A stretch of DNA of 61,952 nt, the filler included, from Clostridiaceae bacterium (GTDB lineage: Bacteria; Bacillota; Clostridia; CAYPLH01; DUMO01), in NCBI GenBank assembly GCA_012839865.1. It is 4 parts of 4 records of this genome, joined end to end, with 100 filler letters (N's around TTAATTAATTAA, not from the genome) between each part and the next. Parts side by side here need not be neighbours in the genome. Positions count along the whole stretch, not along the records: positions 38,050 to 61,952 come from DUMO01000006.1; 3 more parts are not named here. One strand, 5' to 3'. Shown here one piece after another: positions 61,804 through 61,952 of this stretch (positions within the stretch are counted from its first letter, which is position 1; the number at the start of each line of letters is the position of its first letter). Position numbers and translations under genes: made by a program. The notes under the pieces were generated by a model that was given only the letters and a program-made list of their open reading frames with translations, was not told the origin of the DNA and made no database searches.

Positions 61804-61952
61804 TCTATACAGCATGAAATATGCCCTATTGCTTTAAATTAGTTGAATATTATCGAGCGCAGTCCCTGAATTTATTATATGGCTATTGGATGTTCATTTT
61901 CCTCTGCGTTCATCAGTTAATATAACTGCCACTTTTTTATTATATAGCATTT

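Overview
About 62 kb of a low-GC Firmicute chromosome; protein style suggests Clostridia, probably Ruminiclostridium/Acetivibrio-like (inference). It is four contigs joined by artificial 100-bp linkers (44 N + TTAATTAATTAA + 44 N), so adjacency across 27167-27266, 31671-31770 and 37950-38049 is not evidence of real linkage. Contig 1 is core: glgB, manA, rpsF-ssb-rpsR, pheA, gdpP-rplI-dnaB, tilS-hpt-ftsH, SAM-I riboswitch + metK, recD2-comF and a flagellar cluster ending in a truncated flagellin. Contig 2 has an IS21-like end, a truncated DUF362 gene and a frameshifted type III R-M locus. Contig 3 has a TnpX-like recombinase tail, lonB, tsaD, a DnaA-box cluster, a GNAT and a second IS21-like end. 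Contig 4 has an atypical Opp-type ABC operon with accessory genes, surface proteins, a MATE-MATE-acyltransferase-DUF6320-like cassette, ddh and natAB-like genes. The strongest leads are that cassette, a REP-like repeat family carrying a 72-bp duplicated module, the DnaA-box cluster, a triple palindrome before ddh, and a TasA-like/adhesin pair. No tRNA, rRNA or CRISPR array was seen. All family assignments come from motif recognition, not database searches.
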